Below, in pieces: positions 26,429-38,340 of a stretch of 64,000 bases of DNA. Position numbers and translations under genes: made by a program. The notes beneath the pieces were generated by a model, which did not search any database, was not told where the DNA came from, and worked only from the letters and a program-made list of their open reading frames with translations. Source of the DNA: Octopus bimaculoides (lineage: Eukaryota); contig NC_068986.1 in assembly GCF_001194135.2 (NCBI RefSeq), positions 73,787,570-73,851,569 of the forward strand. Reading direction: 5' to 3'. Each line of letters starts with the position of its first letter. Within the stretch, counting starts at the first letter, position 1.

Positions 26429-26650
26429 ACATGAGGGGGTACAGGGCTGAAAAGTTACTGACTTTAAGGGTATCATCAAAGGCTTGGTTGGAGGCCCAAC
26501 TGAGTTCTTTAAAAGGGCTTACAAAAACTGAAGAACTGCTGCAATAAGTGTGTGAATCTGAGAGGGGAATATGTTGAATAAAATCATAATTAACTGATCC
26601 TCTTGTATTTTCTTTCACCCGAAGCCAGAACTTCTCAGCATCCCCTCGTG
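26429..26650 (+). mobile_element. Non-autonomous mariner deletion derivative (MITE), different family from 11165
   Basis: Ends resemble CACGAGGGG..GCTGAGAAGTT as an inverted pair; the interior encodes GLQKLKNCCNKCVNLRGEYVE*, a typical mariner transposase C-terminus. Confidence 0.7.
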
Positions 26651-27323
26651 AATTCATGTGTGTGTTTGCACTTATGTTTGTGTTTGTCCCCGAGCACCAT
26701 TTGACAACAAGTGTTGGTTTGTTTATGTCCTTGTAACTTAGCAATTTGGCAAAAGAGACTGATAAGACGACTGTTAGACTTTAAACAAAAATTTTTTTTT
26801 AAAGCACTGGGGTCAATTTTTTCGACTGGATTCTTCTAGATAATGTTCCAGCATGGTCACTGTCTAATGACTGAAGTAATAAACAAAAAGCAAAACAAAA
26901 AAAGAAATAAGACAAAAGGTTCACGATTAGAATATCTTTGATCATAATTTTTCTTAAACAGGACTTACCAGGAGCTACACAACAGCAACAACAATAACAA
27001 CTACGAAACACAATAATATTGATAAGTCTGTATTGTTTATGCTACCCACACTTACTGTGATGATAACCATCTCAACTCATGGTAGTTCTTCTCGCTCATA
27101 ATACCGTATTGTGGAACTAGAGAAATTATTTTGTTCCATAGAGATATTATCAAGCACATGTTGACTGATGGATATCACTTTCCGATAATAATCTATTTGG
27201 TTATTTCCTTAAATAATTAATTTGAGGTTATCGGATCTTGGAACTTTCAGGGCATAAAAAAAAAAGGCATAATTGTGTTTGTGTATTTACACATGTGTGT
27301 ATTTGTACTTGTGTGTGTGTGTG

Positions 27324-27362
<39 letters not shown>

Positions 27363-28243
27363 GATATGCATCAATATATAATGTGTGTACATATATATCT
27401 ATATATATGTGTGTGTGTGTATCATCATCATCATCATCGTTTAACGTCCGCTTTCCATGCTAGCATGGGTTGGACGACTTGACTGAGGACTGGTGAAACC
27501 GGATGGCAACACCAGGCTCCAATCTAAATTTGGCAGAGTTTCTACAGCTGGATGCCCTTCCTAACGCCAACCACTCGGAGAGTGTAGTAGGTGCTTTTAC
27601 GTGTCACCTGCACGAAGGCGAGTTAGGCGATACTGGCAACGGCCACGCTCGAAATGGTGTCTTTTATGTGCCNNNNNNNNNNNNNNNNNNNNNNNNNNNN
27701 NNNNNNNNNNNNNNNNNNNNNNNNNNNNNNNNNNNNNNNNNNNNNNNNNNNNNNNNNNNNNNNNNNNNNNNNNNNNNNNNNNNNNNNNNNNNNNNNNNNN
27801 NNNNNNNNNNNNNNNNNNNNNNNNNNNNNNNNNNNNNNNNNNNNNNNNNNNNNNNNNNNNNNNNNNNNNNNNNNNNNNNNNNNNNNNNNNNNNNNNNNNN
27901 NNNNNNNNNNNNNNNNNNNNNNNNNNNNNNNNNNNNNNNNNNNNNNNNNNNNNNNNNNNNNNNNNNNNNNNNNNNNNNNNNNNNNNNNNNNNNNNNNNNN
28001 NNNNNNNNNNNNNNNNNNNNNNNNNNNNNNNNNNNNNNNNNNNNNNNNNNNNNNNNNNNNNNNNATAAATGAGTATATGCATATATACGTACAGGTATGT
28101 GCATACCTACATCTACCTGTATATATAGGTGCATATCTGGGTACAGGACATTGCAAACAAAACGTAGACAAGAAAATAATAATAACCAGAGTGCAGAAAA
28201 CACACAAGCCACATAGAGAACATTTTCCTTCACACACACATAT

Positions 28244-28332
<89 letters not shown>

Positions 28333-28342
28333 CAGACATATA

Positions 28343-28825
28343 GTGGTTGTCTACTCCTTACACAAAGTTTGACCACCTCCTGCCCCTACACCTTAGCCCG
28401 TTCATGGCATCTGATTTGGCTTTTTAAACCAGACAGTGTTTTAAAAAAACACCCACACAGATTGCACCTCTGATTTGCACTACCAATACGTGCAAGTTAG
28501 TTCTGCTCATTGTGGATCTTAACATGTCTTTTAAGACCCCCATTGGATTTGCAAACCCTCTGGCACACACCACATTCAAACGTGTGCACAGGCATATAAT
28601 CAGAATAGCTGATTGAAGTTTGTTTTCCATGGGTTCTCAAGTGAGATTTGAGGCCAGCCAAAGACAGACATGGTCTGTCACAGACGGTGCACACAAAAAG
28701 GTCCTTGTCATTCACCTTCTCGATCTTTACATTTTTCCTTAAATATCTCTTGAGCCCTGCTTGCATCATCCTGGCTTCTTCAAACGCTTTCACTCCACTC
28801 CACACCCTTGTTCGCCATCCAACTC
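28343..28825 (-). mobile_element. RTE-clade LINE 3' end (ORF2 C-terminus with three C2H2 fingers), 5'-truncated
   Basis: RVGWRTRVWSGVKAFEEARMMQAGLKRYLRK matches the RTE DRxxWRxxVxxGVxxFExxR...KRxxRK motif; it is followed by C2H2 fingers, a short 3' UTR and a microsatellite. Confidence 0.8.
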
Positions 28826-29015
28826 GTTGGCGATTTTCATTCTCTGTCTTCCCTTCTTTGGACTTTTCCAATATTTCTGACGAAGATCTCTGCTCGAAAC
28901 GTTAAATCCTTTCTTTTTTCTTTCCTTTCCAGAGCGTCCAATAACACTGTACTTATTCCACGTCCTCGCATTGTTTTTTCGTGTTTTTTCTTGCTTGTTC
29001 ATGTTGAAATTGTTT
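28826..29015 (+). mobile_element. Penelope-like terminal repeat (pLTR) fragment with hammerhead core, abutting (TA)n
   Basis: CTGACGA...GAAACGTT core followed by a ~110-nt pyrimidine-rich tail and a TA microsatellite. Confidence 0.6.
28873..28907 (+). ncRNA. Minimal type I hammerhead ribozyme-like motif
   Basis: AUUU-CUGACGA-A-GAUC(UCU)GCUC-GAAAC-GUU-AAAU: helix I AUUU/AAAU, helix II with one mismatch, palindromic helix III. Confidence 0.6.
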
Positions 29016-29091
29016 ATATATACTTATATATATATATATATATATATATTTATNNNNNNNNNNNNNNNNNNNNNNNNNNNNNNNNNNNNNN

Positions 29092-29135
<44 letters not shown>

Positions 29136-29844
29136 TAATTTAAATACTTTGGGAAAATCAATTTCCAGATCAATCAGGTACAACCCTTCATCATATCTTG
29201 GGGTCTTATTTATCATATATCTATATCTTTATCTAGAAATATACAAAGTATCTAATAAAAGTCAATAATAATTCAGCTTTTTGGGATTAATAGATATGTG
29301 GGTATTCTATTTCAGATAATAGAAAAAAAAAAAATAACCTAATGAGTATATCTGAAAGTATGTATGGTATCCATTTGCACATCACGAAATAATATTTAAG
29401 GGGATGTAACCATTATACCAGCAGGGTATATACTATACTTCCTTAATTATCTCCTACTTTAATTAACACTTAAATTAATTAATTGTATATGTATAAATAT
29501 ATATACATCTTATTAATAGTTATGGCCAAGCCAACAGGGCAGTCCAAAAAATAGGACGAATGCTGCTGTTGATTAGCTCCAAGAGGCCATCGCCTCTAGC
29601 TAGCTATGTGGCACATGAACCTGTGTCCTTTATAACCTTCGAGCAGGGGAGGTCAGCCACTTCCCTTTGCTGGTTTGACATCTACAGGCTAGTTTCAGGG
29701 TGTATGCATATATATAGAGAGAGACTTAGAAATATTAATATTTCTATTTTTGAAAACCAGTGGATGTATTCCACTGAATACATAAGTAAATAATTTTTCG
29801 TACAGATGGTCAGTAGCAATGCCTGTTGGTTCGGTTGCCCTACA

Positions 29845-30170
29845 GACTTATTCTTTGTAAGCCTAGTACTTATTCTTTTGGGCTCTTTTGCCGAACCGCT
29901 AAGTTACGGGACATAAACACACCAGCATTGGTTGTCAAGCGATGTTGGGGGGACTAACATAGACACACAAACATATATATATATATATGTATATTTACAT
30001 ATATATGATGGGCTTCTTTCACTTTCCGTCTACCAAATCCACTTACAAGGCTTTGGTTGCCCTGAGGCTATAGTAGAAGACACTTGCCCAATGTGCCACA
30101 CAGTGAGATTGAACCCGGAACCATGTGGTTCGTAAGCAAGCTACTTACCACACAGCCACTCCTACGCCTA
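29845..30170 (-). mobile_element. SINE A
   Basis: Family match. Confidence 0.85.
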
Positions 30171-30223
30171 TATATACATTTACACATCGGTATGTACAAT
30201 TATATGTGCATATCTGTATCTAT

Positions 30224-30281
<58 letters not shown>

Positions 30282-31266
30282 TAGACCAGAGTACATATAC
30301 CTCCAAAGTGCATTACACTAAATACAAATAGTAACCTCAATTATGTAATAAGATGTGGAGAACAAAATTCAATAAAATGATATCATCATTGTAATTAGAA
30401 GACAAAAATCTCCATGCAAGGATGTTTACAATCTAAAAACAACAAGCAAATGAAGCACATTCAATATCAACTAATCCAAATTTTGAAAAATAAAGTTGGT
30501 GTTAACTGGTGCTTTCTGCTGTAGAGACCATGTCACAGTAGACATCAAAATTAGGTGCAGTCCTTCATCTTACTAGCTTTCATCAAACCATCAAACCCAA
30601 GTCAGCATGGAAAAGAGACATTAAATGATGGTGTGATATAGACAATATATGAATTTTGCTCTAAAAGCCCATATGAAGATGTCTCTTATGGTAGCTGCCA
30701 CAGTATAGTTTGTTCTAACAGAACCTCTACATTTAAGTGGGGATAAATAATACCTCTTGATATTAATACTGCTTTTGTTGCTAATAAATATTTTTTAAAT
30801 GATGATAATGAAAGTCAAAACAGTTAGGAGTGGATCTTGTCTTTAAAGCTTATTGCAGCAAGTAATGGACATGTTTCAGTCTTGTTAGTTGTCATAAACT
30901 AGACTTGGAACTAATCACTACATATGTGTGTGTGTGTGTGCATGCATGCACGTGTGTATGTGTGTGTGTGTGTGTGTGTGTTTGTTTGTTTGTGTGCAGA
31001 GAGAGTGGATAAGGAATAATGATGTTGATAGAATATGTGATAAAGATGTTGAATATAATATTATCAGATTATAATATTGTCAGATGCTTGGTCAACTGTC
31101 AATAGTATTATAACTGTTAGTTTCACCATCTGTTGGTGCATTATGTAATAATATTGATTCACCTTTATACACACACACACACACACACACACATACACAG
31201 GTATGCACTTGTATGTATGTGTATGTACATTAGTACATATATATAAGTGTGTGGGGNNNNNNNNNN

Positions 31267-31316
<50 letters not shown>

Positions 31317-31540
31317 ATTCTACCATTCCTATTTCACTTAACATATAAAGATAGACAAGATGTTAGCACACTGGCTATAAAATCAAATATTACTGTCATT
31401 TTGCATTATATCACTGTATTATAGTTGTTAGACCATTCCTACATTACACATGTAGCTTTTCTTCAGTAAGTCACTGCCCAGCCTATGCTGACTTGAAAAC
31501 GCAGATGTGAAAGAAAGAACAAATGAACATATTCATGTAT

Positions 31541-31590
<50 letters not shown>

Positions 31591-31652
31591 TGTCTGTAGT
31601 TTCTCTATATGGAAAAGAAGCAAACTCTAAAACATTGGGACAGTAATATATA

Positions 31653-31810
31653 TTTAGAAGGTTGATTGTTATGGCAGGTCAAAGAGTGACCATTGAATTC
31701 ACACCTATAAAGCACTTAGCTGTATAGGTAAGTCACCCATACAGCTAAGCACTTTATAGTTGCAAAACCAATGATCAAACTGGCTGGTCATAACAATCGA
31801 CCTTCTAAAA
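31653..31810. mobile_element. Foldback (near-palindromic) MITE-like element between TA runs
   Basis: Outer arms TTTAGAAGGTTGATTGTTATGGC / GTCATAACAATCGACCTTCTAAA; inner arms pair continuously 31687-31777 around a 3-5 nt loop. Confidence 0.7.
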
Positions 31811-31908
31811 TATATATATATATAATATAAACGCTGGCAGGAATACATGTGTGCGTGTGTGTGTGTGTGTGTGTGTGAATGAATGAATGTATGTATGTAT
31901 GTATGCAC

Positions 31909-31955
<47 letters not shown>

Positions 31956-32189
31956 NNNNNNNNNNNNNNNNNNNNNNNNNNNNNNNNNNNNNNNNNNNNN
32001 NNNNNNNNNNNNNNNNNNNNNNNNNNNNNNNNNNNNNNNNNNNNNNNNNNNNNNNNNNNNNNNNNNNNNNNNNNNNNNNNNNNNNNNNNNNNNNNNNNNN
32101 NNNNNNNNNNNNNNNNNNNNNNNNNNNNNNNNNNNNNNNNNNNNNNNNNNNNNNNNNNNNNNNATATATATATATATATATATATATAT

Positions 32190-32500
32190 ACGAGGAGCTT
32201 CTTTCAGTCTCCGTCTACCAAATCCACTCACAAGGCTTTGCTCAGTCGGAGGCTATAGTAGAAAACACTTGAAAGGCACCATGCAATGGGACTGAACCCA
32301 GGACCATGTGGCTGGTAAACAAGCTACTTACCACACAGCCACTCTTGTGCCTATATATATCTACAGGTACAGACCTAGCTTTGTGGTTAAGAAGTTCACT
32401 TCCCAACCATATGACTTGGGGTTCAGTCCCATTGTTTAGCATCTTGGGCAAGTGTCTTCCATTATAGCTGTAAGCTGATCAAAGCCTTCTGAGTAGATTT
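32190..32500. mobile_element. Two head-to-head SINE A 5' halves
   Basis: Minus copy 32190-32352 and plus copy ~32365-32500. Confidence 0.75.
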
Positions 32501-32507
32501 GTGTGTA

Positions 32508-32538
<31 letters not shown>

Positions 32539-32874
32539 ATTTATACAAAGAATTCATTCATATAGGGCCTTTTTGTTTCTAGTTTTTGAAATAAAACATG
32601 TTTTGGATGTTTATTGTTTGATAGACTGGGAGATTATTGTTCCCTCTGGAAAAAAGATGGAGACTAGAAAGGAGTCAGGCTGTAGAAACTTTGCTTCTAT
32701 GTACTCTTGTCTGACTCATGAAAGCTTGGAAAAGTAGATGTTAAAACAGTGATGATGATATGTGCATGTATAATGGAGATAAATCTACAGTTATTTATTT
32801 GAAAAGCTTAGGTGTAGGTATTAATATGATGCATAAGCATCAGATTGTTCCCATAAGCAAATAGAAATAATGAT

Positions 32875-33275
32875 TGAGGTGCCGGTGGCATGTAAAAAGC
32901 ACCATTCGAGCGTGATCGTTACCAACATCGCCTTACTGGCACTTGTGCAAGTGGCATGTGAAAAGACATTCGAGTGAGGTCGTTGCCAGTGCTGCTGGAC
33001 TGGCTCCTGTGCAGTTGGCATGTAAAAAACACCATTTGAGTGTGGCTGATGCCAGTACCACTTGACTGGCCCTCATGCCAGTGGCACGTAAAAGCACCCA
33101 CTACACTCTTGGAGTGGTTGGTGTTAGGAAGGGCATCCAGCTGTAGAAACTCTGCTAGATCAGATTGCAGCTTAGTGCAGACATCTGGTTTCACCAGTCC
33201 TCAGTCAAATCGTCCAACCCATGCTAGCATGGAAAGCGGACATTAAACGATGATGATGATGATGATGATGATGAT
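32875..33275 (+). mobile_element. SINE family C (RTE-like 3' tail, (GAT)n end) with internal ~68-bp tandem units
   Basis: Ends ...AACCCATGCTAGCATGGAAAGCGGACATTAAAC(GAT)n. Other copies at ~1150-1425, ~3430-3650, ~5900-6220, ~25870-26045 and ~34900-35290 (+), and ~14000-14260, ~18330-18440 and ~27420-27672 (-). Confidence 0.85.
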
Positions 33276-33494
33276 TGAGGATCCTCTTTACAAATTTGTT
33301 TCAGGATAATTGCCTTTCATCAGAGATGTAATGCTATTTTTTAGCTATACAGGTAACTTTGAATCTAAATTTCTATATGTGGAAGTAACTTATATGCATA
33401 GAACAGTAACAGTTATCCTGATTTCCATATAAATGCATTAATCACCCACATTAAATTAGATAAAGTGATAATATATTTATAATAATACATTTAT

Positions 33495-33672
33495 AGGTGC
33501 AGGTGTGGCTATATGGTAAAAAGCTTGCTTCCCAACCACATGGCTCTGGGTTCAGTCCCACTGCATTGCACTTATGGCAAGTGTCTTCTACTATAGCCTC
33601 AGGCCGACCAAAGTCTTGTAAGTGGATTCGGTTGACGGAAAATGAAAGAAGCCTGTTGTGTGTGTGTGTGCG

Positions 33673-33725
<53 letters not shown>

Positions 33726-33958
33726 TTGTATGTGTGTCTTTGCATCTGTGCCTGTCCTCCCATCACAGCTTGACAACTGGTGTCAGTGCATTTATGTCCC
33801 TGTAACTTACCTGTTTGGCGAAAGTGACCGATAGAATAAGCACTAGGCTTAAAAATAATAAGCCCTGGGTTTGAATTGTTCAACTAAAATCCTTCAAGGC
33901 AATACTCCTGCATGGTAGCAATCAAATGACTGAAACAAGCACAAAAATAAAAGAATAG
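33495..33958 (+). mobile_element. SINE A
   Basis: Family match. Confidence 0.85.
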
Positions 33959-34417
33959 TAAATGCAGCATCATTCAGAATACTTGAGATATATATATATA
34001 AAGAGATAAATCTGTAGATGCTTTTTCTCTATTCATTTTCGTTACCAACAACCAGCATGTAACTGCACATCACAGTCTCCCTAGCATTACTTCCTTCCCT
34101 ATTTACACTCTCTCTTGTCTGTCCCTCTTAGTCATCAATCTGGCTTTTATGTATCTTCTCAGTAATCTTAAACCGAGAAGAATTATCACAACACAGAGTA
34201 GAGAGGACTCTATATTCTTGTATGTGTGTCTATACACATGCATGCACCAGAAACACAATATGTATGAGTATATATGTAGCATATGCTTCTGCACAGTATT
34301 TCTATCTGTCTATCTATCTATCACTTTATATGTGTGCGTGAGTGTATATTATAGGGTGTAGAAAATGATCCAAACACATTTTTCTTGCGGATGTAGAAAT
34401 CCTACATAAGCTTTTAT

Positions 34418-34870
34418 TCTTTTACTCTTTTACTTGTTTCAGTAATTTGACTGCGGCCATGCTGGAGCACCACCTTTTAGTCGAGCAAATCGAACCCAGG
34501 ACTTATTCTTTGTAAGCCTAGTACTTATTCTATCTGTCTCTTTTGCCAAACCGCTAAGTTTTGGAGACGTAAACACACCAACATCATCGGTTGTCAAGTG
34601 ATGGTTGGGTCACAAACACATGAACATGCACACACACACACACACACACATCACACACACACACACACACACACATAACACACACACACACACACATATA
34701 TATATACGTCGGGCTTATTTCAGTTTCCATCTACCAAATCCACTCACAAGTCTTTGGTCAGCCCACGGCTATAGTAGAAGACACTTGCCTAAGGTGCCAC
34801 GCAGTGGGACTGAACCCGGAACCATGTGGTTGGTAAGCAAGCTACTTACCACACAGCCACTCCTACGCCT
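34418..34870 (-). mobile_element. SINE A
   Basis: Family match. Confidence 0.88.
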
Positions 34871-36411
34871 AAGACACCTGTTTCTACCTCTCTATCTCTT
34901 TGTCATCCTCTGACCTTTCATCTTCTGACACAATTTCCCCTCCTCAAATGCTCCTGCCCCTCTCACAATTCCTTGTCTTGTGAGTTACTTGGTGACCCTG
35001 CCAGTGCTGGTGCCACGTAAAAAGCATCCAGTCCACACTGTAAAGTAGTCAGCATTTGGAAGGGCATCCAGCTGTAAAAATCATGCCAAAACTAATCTCA
35101 CATGTGCTAGTGCCATGTAAAAAGCACTGAGTCCACTCTGCAGAGTGGTTGGTGTTAGGAAGGGCATCCAGTCATAAAAGCACTGCCAAAACAGACAGAG
35201 TAGCATAAAGAAGTTTTTCTACCTGGCCAGCTCCTGTGAACCATCCTACCCATGCATGCATGGAGGATGGACGTTAAACAATGATGATTAGGATGATGGA
35301 TAGAAAGCAACAACTTCTATCTATTTGTTTGTCCATTTCACACTAGTGTTGATGACATGATAAAATGCACCCAATTCTGGATATTAGGAAGAGTATTCAG
35401 TCCTAGAAACCATGCAAAAATAGAATATATGATTAGATCCCACGATCACAGCCATGGTTATCGGTTGCTTTTTGACTTCTTTCAACAGAACCTCTTCCTT
35501 TGACCTATCTATCTGAACATTCTGCCTTCAGAAAAGCTGCCTGGGTTTCATGTCTGTTTTGGCCTGGTTTTTTAGAATGGTAAAAAAAAGGGTCCTAAAG
35601 AGACTTTTATCAGTCATTATATTTAGATATAATCATTAGCATGCCATGCAAAACGCTTAGCAGTATTTTGTCTGACTTCACATTCTGATTTCAAATTCTG
35701 AGGTCGACTTTGCCTTTCATCCTTTTGGGGTCGATAAGCTACATACCAGTGAAACACTGGGGTCATTGTAACCGACTAGTCCCCTTCCACCAAATTTCAG
35801 GCCCTGTGCCCTTAGAAGAAAGGAGTATATTTAGATACATAGTTTTTATTTTTTTATGATGCACCAAATAGCTGTGGCATTTGTGTGTGTGTGCATGCAT
35901 TCATGTGTGTGTGTGTGTTGGGGGTAGGCACAGAAACACACACACATGCATTTGCATATACTCACTCACACTCTCATACACACTCACTCTTTCTCCCTCT
36001 CTATCTCATACACACATACACATACCAAACACACACACACACACACACACATGCACACACACTCTGTTATTTTTTTTCCCTCTACATAAACATGTATACA
36101 TAAATATGTGGGATTTGTACATCCACTAGGAAAATATGTTCAGATCATTCTGTACAGCCTATAAATTTCATGTGGATGTGTATGTGTATACACGAGTAAC
36201 AGAAACATGTATATACCAATCATATTTTAAGCCCTTTGCCTCAGTGAAGGTATGTGTGTGTATGTGTGTGTGTAAAGGTATATGTGTTAGCTGTGGCAAG
36301 GGGTGTATAAAATGCAATACATATGTTTTTCCCTTGTTGGTGTTCATTTTCTAAGATATAAGGTTCCTTCTTTTTTCTGCCAGTTCTTTCTACCTCATTG
36401 ATCAACCAGCT

Positions 36412-36488
36412 TACATGTACCAATCTTCTGTTACCAACCCCAAACTTTCTGTAATCTTGGCAATATTTTGCTGCTAAAGTTGTCAGTG
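36412..36488 (-). other. Candidate coding exon (unverified)
   Basis: TTCTGTTTCCATAG|77 nt|GTAAGC; only one frame is open (xTLTTLAAKYCQDYRKFGVGNRRLVH). Confidence 0.25.
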
Positions 36489-36619
36489 TTGCTATGGAAA
36501 CAGAATTGTTTTTAGTGTTATTTTTCTTTTTTCCTTTTTTTTTTATTCTGGTAGTCTCATAAACTTTTCTCATGAAACATTCCCATATACTGACATCTAT
36601 GAATAGGACAGAGCACATG

Positions 36620-36792
36620 CACACATACATACACACACACATGCACTACGTGCACACACACATACACACACGCGCACGCACACGCACACACACACACACA
36701 CACACACTTGCATGCACATATGATGAAGCTGATATATATCCACGTACCTGTACATACATATACATTCATATTTACAGACATATACACACATA

Positions 36793-36844
<52 letters not shown>

Positions 36845-36854
36845 NNNNNNNNNN

Positions 36855-36919
<65 letters not shown>

Positions 36920-36943
36920 CACAGACATAGGTATCTGTCTTCC

Positions 36944-36974
<31 letters not shown>

Positions 36975-37693
36975 TATATGTGTGTATGTATGTGTACATA
37001 TATGTCTCCTCTCTCTCTATACATATATATATATATCTATACATATTTGTCTCCCCCCTCTCTCTCACTCTGTACACACACACACACACACGCACACACA
37101 CACACACGCACACACGCACTCACACGCGCGAGTGTTTAACCACATATGTGGATGCATAAATTTGTATCCATATCCATGTATGTGTCGATATGTGTGTGTG
37201 TGTATGTGCATGAATAGATACACATATATAAACAATTAAAAATACAGAATATATTTATTTGTCATCTAAAAAAGAGATGTCTAGAATTTTGTACAGGAAT
37301 TTATGGACACACACATACAACCCATACAACCTTCCATCTAAGAATACAAACGCAGTCTCTTTACACATCTGTCTTTATCAATCTTGTTTTGTTCTCACAT
37401 ACACATAGTCTATCCAATGCCCATACACTTAAACATATTCATGCATAGCTGTATATACATTAGCATACAAAATATTTACATATCTATTCGCAGAAGTCAA
37501 AATTTGTTAATTGTTTTTAACTGAATTTCATTCACTCAGTCACTCACTCCCCCCTTTCTCTCTCTCTCTCTATATCTATATATATATATATATATAAACA
37601 CATATATATATACATATATAAATATGCATATAAACCTATATGTATACATATATATACATATATATAAATATATAAGCATATATATATATATAA

Positions 37694-37736
<43 letters not shown>

Positions 37737-37880
37737 CATATGCATACATATATATATATATATACATGCACATATATATGTATACATACACACACACATA
37801 TATATACACACACATACATATATATAAACATACATATATGTATACATGTATAATATATATACCAATATATATATANNNNN
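36620..37880. repeat. Compound (CA)n/(TA)n/(CT)n microsatellite field with gaps
   Basis: Directly visible; two fields separated by ~300 bp of unique sequence. Confidence 0.9.
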
Positions 37881-38279
37881 NNNNNNNNNNNNNNNNNNNN
37901 NNNNNNNNNNNNNNNNNNNNNNNNNNNNNNNNNNNNNNNNNNNNNNNNNNNNNNNNNNNNNNNNNNNNNNNNNNNNNNNNNNNNNNNNNNNNNNNNNNNN
38001 NNNNNNNNNNNNNNNNNNNNNNNNNNNNNNNNNNNNNNNNNNNNNNNNNNNNNNNNNNNNNNNNNNNNNNNNNNNNNNNNNNNNNNNNNNNNNNNNNNNN
38101 NNNNNNNNNNNNNNNNNNNNNNNNNNNNNNNNNNNNNNNNNNNNNNNNNNNNNNNNNNNNNNNNNNNNNNNNNNNNNNNNNNNNNNNNNNNNNNNNNNNN
38201 NNNNNNNNNNNNNNNNNNNNNNNNNNNNNNNNNNNNNNNNNNNNNNNNNNNNNNNNNNNNNNCTCTCTTTCTCTCTCCC

Positions 38280-38340
<61 letters not shown>

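Noticed and set aside
27055-27115. Minus-strand candidate exon (PQYGIMSEKNYHELRWLSS)
   Set aside because: It has plausible splice sites but no recognisable homology, and its phase cannot be joined to other candidates; within chance expectation.
27503-28343. Longest ORFs in the track (also 19994-20568, 37766-38383 and 59312-59995)
   Set aside because: They are open only because they cross N gaps and dinucleotide repeats.
31432-31470. Apparent exon encoding a WD40-like HSYITHVAF
   Set aside because: The donor lies inside a decayed SINE C tail.
31735-31756. Minus-strand UAAAGUGCUUA matches the start of vertebrate miR-20/miR-17 family members
   Set aside because: That family is vertebrate-specific and the match ends after 11 nt; treated as coincidence.
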